Shown here: positions 40,230 to 52,174 of the stretch, piece by piece | Numbering within the stretch: the stretch's first letter is position 1 | How the letters are laid out: every line of letters begins with the position of its first letter | Origin: Octopus sinensis | Lineage: Eukaryota | DNA length: 64,000 nt | Direction: 5' to 3' | NCBI RefSeq assembly: GCF_006345805.1 | Contig: NC_042998.1 | Location: 123,132,001 to 123,196,000, forward strand | Notes under the pieces: model-generated | What the model saw: only the letters and a program-made list of their open reading frames with translations | The model's database searches: none | What the model was told of the DNA's origin: nothing | Made by a program: the position numbers and the translations under genes

Positions 40230-42075
40230 CAAAATAAAGTGATCGCCAGGCAGTAAAAAACAAAACAAACAACAACATAAAAGATACAGATCCAACCATA
40301 GACGAACCCACAGAAAAAATATTAATAGCGCTACCAATAAGGAAAGCACAAGGGACAACAGCGACTTAAGAGATTTAAGTAAAGAATAACAGAAGATTTT
40401 AGATGAGTTGCAGTAAGTAATGAATAAAGAAGTAAGAAAAAGATTGCCAGTGTTAAAATGTACCAACAGAAGGAAGCTGCTAGATATGATTAGGAAATTG
40501 GATTCTGTTATCAGTTGGATAGATACTAAAAATATAAGAGTCACTAACTTACTGATTTATGCAGGTGGGGTAGTATTTACTAGCGGATTAGATAATCCGC
40601 AAGGAAATATTTAAAAAGAGCAAATGTAAAAAAGGAGATTACAAAATAAAGTGAAGACTTTAAACCAAGATCTGAGTAGAATAGAAGTCTAGAAACTGAA
40701 CAAGTTAGGAAACACAAGACGAAAATCTACACTTAAGAAAATATACTTAGTCAAAGATTTTGCAACAGTTATGGAAGAGTTGAAACAGCGTATCATTGCC
40801 GTAGCAGGCAAGCCCTCCAGATATCAAAAAAAAAAAAGATCAATATCAACAGAATAGATTATTTCAGATAGACCAGAGGAGATTTTATAACCAAATAAAT
40901 AGTGGAGAAAGAAGTACCTAATGCAGATGAGAAAAACCTAATGCAGAAGAATGTACAAACCTCTGGAGTCATATATGGGATAAGCCTTTCAATCATAATG
41001 GAGATGCAGTATGGTTAAAGAAATAAAGTGAGGGAAGAAATAGTGAGTGAGAAGCAGCCAGATCTAAAACTAACTAGTGCATTAATGAGTAACGTATCAG
41101 GAAAAATACCAATTTGGAAGGGCCCAGGACAAGATTTAGTTCAAGGACATTGGCTACAGAGGTTTAGTATATCATATGGGAGGCTGCAGGAAGCATTTAC
41201 AAGCACCTTGACAACTAGATTTTACTGCCAGAAGAACAGAAAGGTTGCAGGAAGAAGGCTACACGAACTCATGATCTATTATACACAGACAAAGCAGTTC
41301 TAAATGAAGTAAAAGTTGGAGAGAAAAATCTGACTGTAGCATGGACAGCCTATAAGAAGTCCTATGGCATGATCCCGTACTCATGGATAAGCAAATGTTT
41401 GGGTATATTCAGTATAGCAGACAACATAAGAGAATTAATTAGCTTTAGCAAGAAGATATAGAAAGTGGATCTGTACTCAGGTGACAGAATCTTAGGAAAA
41501 GTTAATATCAAGAGAGGAATTTTCCAAGGAGATTCATGACCTCCTTTTAATGTTTGTATTTTATTTGACCCCCCCCCCCAGTCAAAGGCAGGGTAAGAGT
41601 TCAGAAATAATAAGAGTAAAATTAACCATTTGCTCTAATTGGATGCTCTGAATCATTTTAGTAGGAATGAAAAATAGTTAAATTCATTACTACAGACTGT
41701 AAGACTCATCAGCAAAGATACGGGTATGCAGTTTGGTATTGATAAGTGTACAATATTATTCATGAGAAGGAGACTTGTAGTCAACAGAGAACGCATACGA
41801 TTACCAGACGGCCAGACGTTAAAATCATTGAAAGGAGATGAGAGTTATAAGTAACTAGGAGTATTAGAATCTGACACAGTACTAACTAAAATGGAGAAGG
41901 AGTAAATCAGAATTTTGAGGAAAGTAATGAAATCAAAGCTAAATGGTCCGAATCTAGTGAAGGCTGTAAATACTTGATACGTACCATTACTTAGATACTC
42001 AGCAGCTTTTGGCTTTTGTAGATTGGACAAAAACTGAATTAGCAAAGCTAGACAGAAGAACTAGGAAGAAAATCA
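40230..42075 (+). mobile_element. R4/Dong-clade LINE fragment C (N-terminal region and RT), decayed
   Basis: TNLLIYAGG, RRLQNKV..L.QDLSRI, NWKGPGQDLVQGHWL, AW..YKKSY..IP.SWI, VNIKRGIFQGDS, FGIDKC, YK*LGVLESD, LNGPNLVKAVNT. Truncated at (TAA)n. Confidence 0.88.
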
Positions 42076-42114
<39 letters not shown>

Positions 42115-42661
42115 GCAATACCAGGCAGTGGCTCTCATGGCTTCTGATCTTAACTGATTGGAAGTGTCATCATGTACATTGTTTTGTCTTGGTATAAAAG
42201 ATGGGCTACAGCAAATATTCTGCTCAATACCACAGATTTGCTTGTCAGTTATTTGACCTTAACCAGTTGAGCATGTCCCTTAGTGGCTGACGATATGTGC
42301 ATCTCTGATCACGAGCAGAAGTAGTGGGGGAGCATCATAGCCATGTGTTGAGAGGGATTCTTTGGGATTTGAATAATTCACCTCTGGAAACATGGGTAGC
42401 TTTTTTCAACATTCTTAAACAACCCTTATTCAGGGACCGTTTGAGCGGGATGGGCTATTCAACCTGAAGAAAATTCTAACTGGGCCCCACCTGCAAGGTC
42501 ATGTGCTGTTTATCTTGATATGAGATCACCATGTCGCGCACATATGGTTGTGATGCATGTGCCTGGTGTACCCTTATCAGACGGGTAGTCATGATGGGTA
42601 TATTGGGGTTCGTATATTTTACCCCAGTGTCACTTTGATGGCATGAACTGCTCTCTCACTC
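42115..42661 (+). mobile_element. Unclassified ~550-bp interspersed element, copy 2
   Basis: Same sequence as 38416-38972, slightly 5'-truncated, with (TAA)n on both sides. Confidence 0.88.
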
Positions 42662-42708
42662 AATAATAATAATAATAATGATGATGATGATGATAATAAT
42701 TATAATAA

Positions 42709-42750
<42 letters not shown>

Positions 42751-42806
42751 TGATGATGATGATGATGATAATAATAATAATAATAATAATAATGATGATG
42801 ATGATG

Positions 42807-42845
<39 letters not shown>

Positions 42846-42851
42846 TAATAA

Positions 42852-42882
<31 letters not shown>

Positions 42883-42980
42883 AAGAAGAAGAAGAAGAAG
42901 GAGAAGAAAAAGAAGAAGACAAAGAAGAAGAAGAAAAAGAAGAAGAAAAAGGAGAAGAAAAAGAAGAAGAAGAAGAAGAA
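42662..42980. repeat. (TAA)n/(TGA)n to (GAA)n compound triplet microsatellite
   Basis: Directly visible; source of the poly-I/Y/L/F ORFs. Confidence 0.95.
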
Positions 42981-42984
42981 GAAT

Positions 42985-44030
42985 TCCTTTATTGACCACA
43001 AGGCCACAAAAAACATTTAGAACCATAGAGCAGGGAGGATCATTAAAGAACGGTAGGTTTCAAAGAAAATGCCAAGAAGTCTGGTTGCCATACACCTCTG
43101 CTAATGTTAAGGCAACCCCTTCACTAATATTTTCGCCCAGGACCCACAACGTAACGTCGGAATCACGCATCCCATTTGGTCTCGTACATGCATATATGCC
43201 AGTCATTAAAAATAGGTGAAATAGCTTATGTGCCGGAAATCCTCGTCTCCCAGATAGTTTTAATCAATAACTAGTGACCTGAAGTCAGTGAGCAGGTACC
43301 TCCGCTTCCAGGGTCACTCCCAGTTAAAATGCATCCCACGCTTAAATCTGTTACCCATTTAAAAAAAAAGACGAAAACAAGGTCACCGCTTTAATGACTT
43401 TTCTATAGGCAATTGGGAATATAGAAATCATTTTTAAACATTGGATTACTTGGAGAAACCCTGCATTAGCCTGTTTAAGAACATGACGTCATGTGCGAAA
43501 TTTTTTCTCATTTGGTTACATTTCTTTTCTAAGAGGGAGTATAGATATGAAATAATCTTGCAATCATCAGGAACCATCTCCTTGAGATAACATACTAACC
43601 ACGTGGTCGGTAGAGGCCAGCGTTTTCATATATACCTCATTAACATACATCTCTCTTTAAGCGGTACCTCGGTATATGATCTGTGCATGATGCACCACTT
43701 TTGTTTGAACCATCATGTTTCCGTGGATCTCGCTTCATGACATAAGTCATCTAATGCTTCTTAAATTTGCCCTTTTGACGATCATGAAAACTCCCGCCAT
43801 TTTCCGAGAAGAAAAGATATATCACTTCTTTACCTACCTCCTCGAATTCGTCTGCCAGGGTAGTACATTTTATCATTGTAGTTATACGTAGATATACCAC
43901 ATGTTATTTTCTTTCAGGATTCTGCTCATAGCCTTTGTTTCAAAATTGCTTTCATTACTTTCGTTGTTAAAATTTGCTATCACCACTTGAATAAGTCCAG
44001 GTGACAATGCTTACAAATGATTCTTGGCGG
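42985..44030 (-). mobile_element. Probable Tx1/L1-clade LINE 3' end, decayed
   Basis: Minus strand shows ILPLR, a Cys-containing knuckle remnant, KWVTDLSVGCILTG and LLIKTIWETR, then AATAAA immediately before (TTC)n. Motifs are degenerate. Confidence 0.5.
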
Positions 44031-44089
44031 AGATAATAAAAACTAGAATTTTTCCTGAGACGTTTCTTTATATAAAAAAAACCCAAAAG

Positions 44090-44320
44090 ACACAATCACC
44101 ACCACGACCGCCACGACCGCCACGACGACCACCACCGCCGCTGCCATCAACACCAACGCTACCACTAGTATTTACTAGCGGATTAGATAATCAACAACAA
44201 TAACGATGATGACAACAATAACAATCACAGATACTGCAACGACGGAAATGACGACGATGGCAGCAAAGATGATGACGATGGGGACTACAACGATGATGAT
44301 TATGATGATTACGCATGCAA
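44090..44320. repeat. Degenerate (CAC)/(CAA)/(GAT) triplet low-complexity tract
   Basis: Directly visible; similar cryptic tracts occur at 13800-13980 and 18250-18400. Confidence 0.85.
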
Positions 44321-44922
44321 GAACCTATGCTGAAACTGATGATTTAATCCAAATAACAGTTGTGGATTAAAAGACTCACAATTAATTACTATTCATAGTG
44401 GAACAATTAAAACTATCTTGCATATTATGCGCGAAAGATAATCGTTTTAAATAATTACCTTCGTTAAAGTGAGACACAGAAGATTTAAGTCGTTCAGTTT
44501 AAATTAAAGCACATGATTTACTTTGTTTATAAGTGTTGCATTGTTGAACAACAATTGTTTGAAAGAAAAATAGTACTGTTGACAATATCATTTATATTGT
44601 GACGTGTCTATGTAAAAGGTTATTGCCACGTAAGAGGGCAGCTGCCTCCTTGGTAATTTTGATTTTCATTTATTGTCATCTTTAATGTTTTGCAGAAGAG
44701 AAGATTTTACATTAAATTTCTGAATATGAAAAGAAATATCAAATTGCTCTGTGAATTTAAAATGTCATTCTATGTCTCTTGTAATTCTTAGAATTCATAT
44801 TTTGTCATAGATGTTCTGAAGTTGTCATTCCGACAAAAGATTTAGAAATGTATATACTGAAAATATAAATCATATATATATATATATACATACAGTCATA
44901 CATACATACACACGCACACACA

Positions 44923-44954
<32 letters not shown>

Positions 44955-45216
44955 TACATACACATACACACACATATATATCTTATTGATGTTTATCTAT
45001 TGCTGGTAGTGAGATGTAGTAAATTTTATCATTGTTATTATGTCACAACTTATATATATGTATGCATTCTTATATAATAAAAGTATTAATATTAGTAATA
45101 ACAATCGCTATAAATGTTTCACTACATATATACAGTGTATATATTATGTTGGGAATTTTAATTGAATATGAGTCTTTTCCACTCGTACGAAAAAGAACAA
45201 ATATGTTTGTACACAC

Positions 45217-45259
<43 letters not shown>

Positions 45260-46039
45260 TACACACACAGACATGTGCGTACAGTTATACAGAAACATAC
45301 ATATCAGTGTGTATTAAAGCATCTATGCGTAGGTCTTTGCGATTTAATTTAAACGTTTTCCTGTATGACCATTGGCTATGGGAGTAAAACTATGTTGTTT
45401 ACTTCATGGCAGCTGTTGATGCTCGTAGTTACATGAATTGGTTGGTGTATACGTATGTGTGTGCATGTTGTGTGTATGTGTATTTCTATTGATAAAGGTG
45501 CACTCGGTGATGTGCATGTCACAATAGAATAAAGGGCGTATCTTTCATTACTGTTTGTGCAAGCATATGTATTCTTTATATGTATTCGATTGTGTGAATA
45601 CGTTCATGCAGGTATCCCTAAAAAACACTGAAATATTTTACAAGTTTTCAATTTTCCTCTTATCCACGGTATCTGGAAAATGCGTGTCAGCCTGCCATGT
45701 TCTTCTTTAGACAATCTGAGCGTTCCTGAGTTTCCGACGACCCAACTATACAACAGAGTGTACCAGACTACAAGTTACTTGGAGCATTATGAAAAAATTG
45801 ATAAACTGCATTTTACTGTACAACCGATTGCAATGACATCTGCGATAACATTCTAATCTAGGTTGTTTCCTTAGATTATTACATCCTGATTTTTTAATTC
45901 TGCCGAGGTTAACTCCATCCTTAAGCCTTCTATGATCAATGAAATGAAATACTACTCAAGCATTGACGACATTCTAATAGTCTAGCACCTCTGCACCAAA
46001 CATGTTAGCATTGTGTCTACGTTACAAATTATTGTTATT

Positions 46040-47420
46040 ATTATCATTAGGGTGATCGATGAATGTAATCTTCAGAATTTGGATAAAATGTATTCTATGA
46101 TAAATTCTGGTTTCGTTGCTTCAGTAGTGTTGTCAGTTTCTTTAGAAAATCCTGTTAATCCGGTAATCATCGTTCACCATAACAGTCTCTGTCTCACGTT
46201 AATGCAATTTATTCGTTACTTCATATCCGCAAATTGAGTTATGATCCCAATGCCCTTTTTTTAACTGCCCACTCATAGCTTCGTTTATACATTCTTAATG
46301 CTATCTTACTGCACTATCTTAGCAGGTAGTCAATACTTTTGTTTACTTTATTCTTCACAATGTGATTGTTATCTGACAGAATTTTATCAATATTTGTCCG
46401 TGTGAAATTCATTTTGTTGGCTTGTTCTTTAAATTACCAATTCAGTTTTCGGTTTCAGGTTTCCATATTTCAAATACAAGTAGCATTTGCTCTCCTAAAT
46501 AGCTTAGTATTTTGCATAGCTCGTCCACGTAACTATTTCTTTATCCAAATCTTTCTGTTATCATTTTTTTGCAGTTTTGAAAACGTTGCAGAACTTTAGC
46601 AAAATCTCCGATATTTATAACTGCAAAAAACAGATTCCTGAGACCCAATTCGTATCATATATACTGTGTTTTACATTTAAAAAACTTCTGATATCTTCCA
46701 TTTTTGTTAAAAAAACAGAAACTGACGATATTAAATTTAGAGTCATTCAGTAGCTGAAAATGATGTGGTGAATTGTGCCATTGTATCGACAACATGATAT
46801 GTTCTTTCTGCTTCATTATTCTATTTATATCATTATTTGTACATAGTTTATGGTTTTCTGTATATTTTAAAACCTATTGTTTCATACAAGAGTTGGTAAT
46901 AGTTTGCATTTAATATTTTTAATATATATTCGATTCTGTTTTTGTAGCTTCTAGCTTGTTCTTCATTGATTCTTAAGATACTCCTCTTGTCTGCTTCTCG
47001 GTATTATTCTAGACTCATTATAGCATTACATTGACTCATGGTTTGTATAATATCCCGTCTGTCTTTTGCATGACGAAAGTGCGTTCTGCCCATACCAGTT
47101 TGGGAAATGATATCTTCAGAACGCTATTAGTTCCTTATTTCTATGTTCAAGTTCTGTAATTCTCTTAACTCTCTATGTAACATACTGAAGAGTTATTTTA
47201 GAATTGGACGAGTAGTGTATTAATTCAAGTTATCCTATTTCTACAGGTGACTTCAGTTTTTAATATTAGTTTAACTCTTCTGTTGTATTATTTGCTAATT
47301 TCCCCCATTAATTTCTATGAATTGTGTTTTATCTGTTTTATCTTCGCTTTAGTATTTGCATTGACGGGTCTGTTCAAATTCGCATATTTCAGTATCTTTT
47401 GTATCTAATTTAATGCTCTT
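46040..47420 (-). mobile_element. R4/Dong-clade LINE fragment D, highly decayed
   Basis: Minus strand: RRVKLILKTEVTCRNRIT*INTLLV, then HWDHNSICGYEVTNK..ETETVMVNDDY. Confidence 0.75.
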
Positions 47421-47869
47421 AGCTTTAGTTGATGTGTCTTTTATTACAAAAGCTTTGGCAATATTCTCTGATGAAATAATAATTTTTATACCTTGGCTGA
47501 ATTTAGGGAATTTTAAAATTGGTTTGGCATCTTAGTATTGATCCTTGTAAAAATCCAGATAAATAATATGCTTTCTACTTTCCGCGCAGAATTTTAACCA
47601 TTTTGCAGGTTTGTTAATGGGGGTCACAATATGCCATCATGACGATCCACTAAGTTTTTTTTTCTTGTGAATGCAAGACTGGTTGTGATAATATTCGTTT
47701 TGCTTTATAATGCATTTACAAATGCTTTTTTGTACTCTTTTGACGTAACAATTTTGCTGTTCTATTGGAGTTACTTTGGAGAAGCCATCGTCATAATTCT
47801 TGTTGTTGTTGTTCTTCTTCTTCTCTTTCTCCTTGTTGTTGTTGTTGTTCTTCATCTTCTTCTTCTTCT

Positions 47870-48065
47870 TCATATGTTATTTGGTTAGCAGGTGTTGTTT
47901 GGTGGCGACAAATCTCCTCAGATCTCATGAATTTCCTTAGGACTCATGCAGAATATAGGATGGTACTTTTCTGCAGGTTCACTATGAAATTTTCAATTCC
48001 GGTTTCTTCTAGTATTTCAGGTAGCATTTGTGTGTTGTATCCAGTGAATCAATTACTACAGGAAG
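47870..48065 (-). mobile_element. R4/Dong-clade LINE extreme 3' end (fragment E)
   Basis: Minus strand LPVVIDSL...LQKSTILYSA*VLRKF followed by a (GAA)n/(CAA)n tail. Confidence 0.7.
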
Positions 48066-48217
48066 AATAATAATTATTACTTATTATCACTTATTTTAAC
48101 TGCACTACGGAGTACAGCATTGTGTGCCTTGGGTATGAGCTGTGGTTTGTTGTGGTGCTCTTATTTTCACTGTGTTGTTCTCCTTCTTTTTCATCATCGT
48201 CATCATCATCATCATTA

Positions 48218-48248
<31 letters not shown>

Positions 48249-48325
48249 TTTCTTTTTCTTCTTCTTCTTCTTCTTCTTCTTCTTCTTCTTCTTCTTCTTC
48301 TTCTTCTACTTCTTCTTCTTCTTCT

Positions 48326-48942
48326 TGAGCGAGAGATCAGTGCATGCTATCAAAGGTGAATCTTTGTAAACTATACGAAGCCCCGTAATCCCATTATTAC
48401 TACCGTCTGATAAATGAACAACAGGAACATGCATCACAACTGTATGTGCGCGACATGGTGACCTCATATCAAGATAAACAGCACATGACCTTGTAGGTGG
48501 GGTTCAGTTAGAATTTTCTTAAGGTCGAGTAGCCCATCCCGCTCAAATTGTCCCTGAATAAGGGTTGTTTAAGGATGTCGAAACACCTATGTTTCCAAAG
48601 GTTAATTATCTAAACCACAAACAATTCCTCCCAACACATGGTTATGATGTTCCCCAACCATTTCTGTTCGTGATCAGAGATGCATATATCGTCAGCCACT
48701 AAGGGACATCCTCAACTGGTTAAGGTCAAACAAGTGACAAGCAAATCTGTGGTATTGAGCAGAATATTTGCTGTAGCCCATCTTTTATACCAAGACAAAA
48801 CAATTTGCATGATAAAACCTCCAACCAGTTACGGTCAGAAGCCACGAGAGCCTGCTACTGCAACAAGACATCCACCTGGTACTACACCAGGGCGTATGCC
48901 CTGGTACTGCATCAGGGAATCTCCCTGGTAGTGCATCAGGGC
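48326..48942 (-). mobile_element. Unclassified ~550-bp interspersed element, copy 3, with a 5' tandem hairpin extension
   Basis: Reverse complement of copies 1 and 2; 3' flank is (GAA)n, 5' flank is (TAA)n; four ~24-25-bp units at the 5' end. Confidence 0.85.
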
Positions 48943-48943
<1 letters not shown>

Positions 48944-49024
<81 letters not shown>

Positions 49025-49040
49025 GTTTTTATTATTATCA
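48944..49040. repeat. (TTA)n microsatellite
   Basis: Directly visible; further (TTA)/(TCA) tracts at 50783-50920 and (TTC) tracts at 48190-48325. Confidence 0.95.
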
Positions 49041-49429
49041 TTGCCTTTGCACAGCTTCTGACGCTGGAGATTACTACAATGTCAACTGTTCACTACCAGT
49101 TGTACAGAGTAGGTATAGTTGAAGTGAGTGGCAGAGCGAGAGAGAAGAGGAACTGAGAGTGAGTGAGAGAGAAAGAGAGGAAGGAAGTGGTGACTGAAAG
49201 GAAGAGAGAAAAGATGTCTATCAGTATTTTCACAGAAGATTTGTACATACATCGAAAGAAAAGTAGATACATATATCAAAAGAAAAGTAGATACACAGAC
49301 ACATTTTTCCCAGGGCTCCGACAAATATTGGTACTTACTGCTACCTTTTTCATCAACCACAACTGGTTAACTTCCCAACCTCACCTGTCATATCTCTCAA
49401 CGTTTCTTTCTTCCTTATCGCATACCTTG

Positions 49430-50500
49430 TTGTCAGCTGGGCATGCTATATCTATGATCCAGCATAGTTTGTTTTCTTTCTCAATTAAGACTATGTCTGG
49501 CTTCCTATTCTTTATCTCACGGTCGCACTGAATTATAAAATCTCATAGGAGTTTTTTCCCAATTTCCCAGTTTTCTCTTAACTGTTGCGCAATTTTTCCT
49601 AGATCTTGCCTTGCCCGCATTATGTTCCTTTCAATTCGTTGTTTCCACCATTGTTCTTTTTGCTCTACCGATTTTTGTTCTCTTAAGTTGTAATTCCTCC
49701 CCAACAAGTAGCGCAATAGCTCGGAGAAGATTCCTTGTTTGTGTCATGTCCTGCGTCTGGATGTATGAGATGCCAGCATTTATGTTTTGTGTTACTTTAT
49801 TTATCATACTTCTATCTACCCTTCTCATATTTATGGGGTCCTTTTCTTCTGGAGCATTCATCAACTCGGTGAGTCGTCTTTGAATTTCAAGCAATTCGTT
49901 ATCTAGATAATAAGTTGGTTCATTTCCTCTGCATTTCCACTCACCACCTTTTCAGGGTTTACTGTATAACGTTCCTGTTCCTCATCCTTAACAGCCCCAT
50001 CACCATTCCCCTGTTTCTCCTGTCTACTTTTCTCTTTATTTTCAACTCCTACCACTCTGTTTTGAAATCTGACCATTCTTTGTGGCCCATCCATAGCGTC
50101 TCTCAAACTCTTACTAGTCCGAGATATTTCTACTCCAGTTAAATGAACCTTCCTACTAATCACTCTCTCTTGATTCATTCTGCCATTTGACACATGTCCT
50201 TTTCCATCCAAAATTTCAAGGTACGACGGCCTACTCCGCGACTTCTTTCCAGCTTTGCTCTTTCATGACATTCAATAAGTGTATTGTACTTTTCCTTCGT
50301 TCGCTTATGTTTGTATTTGCGCACACCGTGTTGTGACATAACGACCGTCCGAAGTCAGATCACTGACCCTGATGCGGGTGGTTTCGGACGTGCCGGGCGG
50401 GAAACCTTCAACATGATCAGCTATAGCTTCATTCTCGCCGTTAATTCTTTTCTTGTTGTGTTACATCATGATTTCATGAGTCATTCGTGGAGCTCCCACG
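49430..50500 (-). mobile_element. R4/Dong-clade LINE fragment F (5' end / N-terminal domain)
   Basis: Minus strand LIECHERAKLERSRGVGRRTLKFWMEKDM, then ISYIQTQDMTQTRNLLRAIALLVGEEL...PWWK-like motif, typical of the R4/Dong N-terminus. Confidence 0.8.
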
Positions 50501-50599
50501 AGAGTTGTTATTGAGATCCCATCTCTCTCTTCCTCTCTTTATTTGTATATACACATGTATGTACATGCACATATATATAAATAACGTGCTTGCATTGTG

Positions 50600-50775
50600 C
50601 CGCCTCCATAACCACAGTAATTATCATTACCACCTATAGCTTTTAAAATTATCAGATCTTCACTATTTATCAAATACTCGGGAAGTGTACTCCTTTCACT
50701 CTTTATACAATGGTCTATACTAATCAGTCTTCTGCCACCATTCTTTTCATATACAGTGTGTTTACGTTTGCAGCT
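50600..50775 (-). mobile_element. R4/Dong-clade LINE fragment G
   Basis: VYEKNGGRRLISIDHCIKSERSTLPEYLINSED matches the LY..RK.GGRGLI motif region. Confidence 0.7.
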
Positions 50776-50780
50776 AACAC

Positions 50781-50838
<58 letters not shown>

Positions 50839-52174
50839 CATTATTATCACCATCATCATCATAATCATCATCATCATCATCATCATTATTATTATTATCA
50901 TTATCATTATTATTATCATTACGGCCTTTACGCACGTACTTGTTGTTTTACTAACTATACTAAATAATTCATAATTCAGGATCTAACCTAACATCATTGT
51001 AACTGGTAGTATTATATAAACCTAATGGAAAATATTATTTGACCTACATCAGCTTATACTGTTTCACTATTAACTCATATTTCATTCTCCACATTTTACT
51101 ACACATAATACGTACATGTTACTTCTTAGATTAGTTATACCTGTCATGTTCACAGTTATAGTTTTTGCTGATATAATTCCGCTGTGTTTACTGTTCAGTA
51201 TTTGTTACAGTTAGTGACATAGTGATCTAAAATGAACACGTCTCCTCATTAACCAACTCATACTACCCATGATCCTTAACAACTGTTTTATCAAAGTGTA
51301 ACTTACTACTGAATACATATCTTATACATGACATATGGTATCATATTGTATTAAAACCCCATGCAGATTCGTACACCATTCAATACTATGGTATATATTA
51401 TCTTTGCAAAACCATATTACGTTAAATAAGCACTTGATGGCACAAAGGCCAATGATTAAACTCATTATCATCAGCATGGAATACAAAAACTGTTACGAGG
51501 TTGTTCTTTTCATGAATTACAACACGTTGAAATAGAACTTTGCTGCTAGGAACTTTATCCGTCGTGAAAATTAAATGCCTTTCTTTGTAATAGTTCTTGA
51601 GATTTATATTTTCGTGGAATATATATAAAACATAGAAACTACTAAAGTATACACATGTTGAGCTATAACGTATTACAGGTATATTTCAAAGAACTTTTCA
51701 CATTCTTCTGATTAATAATATCGTGTTTTGTGATTCAAAAAATGATGAATATTCGGGAAATGAAGATGGTTCGAGAATTATACATATATAAACACATGTA
51801 TATAATACGTAAGTTCACTAACTTACTCTCGTATTTTAAAATATTGTATATCAAAGGAATACTACGAATCAGTTACTCATCATATTTCATCTATAAATTA
51901 TAACTTTGAAACTGTCGTTATTTAACTTGATACTCATATGGTAACTACTGCAATCTGCTAATGTTTTCTAGCCTGTACGACCATGAAAAGTTCTTATGTA
52001 ATTAAGTTAAAACCTATGCTTCCTTTAACATATACTTCAAACAATTTGAATGTAGTATTTCATCCATGCGCATAGATTGGTAAATTTTATGCAGATGATA
52101 TCAAGTTCAAACTGCTTTTGGCTAACATAGATATGAAAAGCAAGGGAAGGCAAGCAAACTTTAGAGGATTTTTA

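Noticed and set aside
48855-48942. CRISPR-like repeat-spacer pattern
   Set aside because: The linkers are only 5-6 nt, the repeats are degenerate, the context is eukaryotic and no cas genes are present; reported as a hairpin array instead.
50465-50520. Hairpin tcgtgg-agctc-ccacga at the 5' end of R4/Dong fragment F as an HDV-like ribozyme remnant
   Set aside because: Only one stem is visible; the P1/P2/P3 pseudoknot pairings could not be built.
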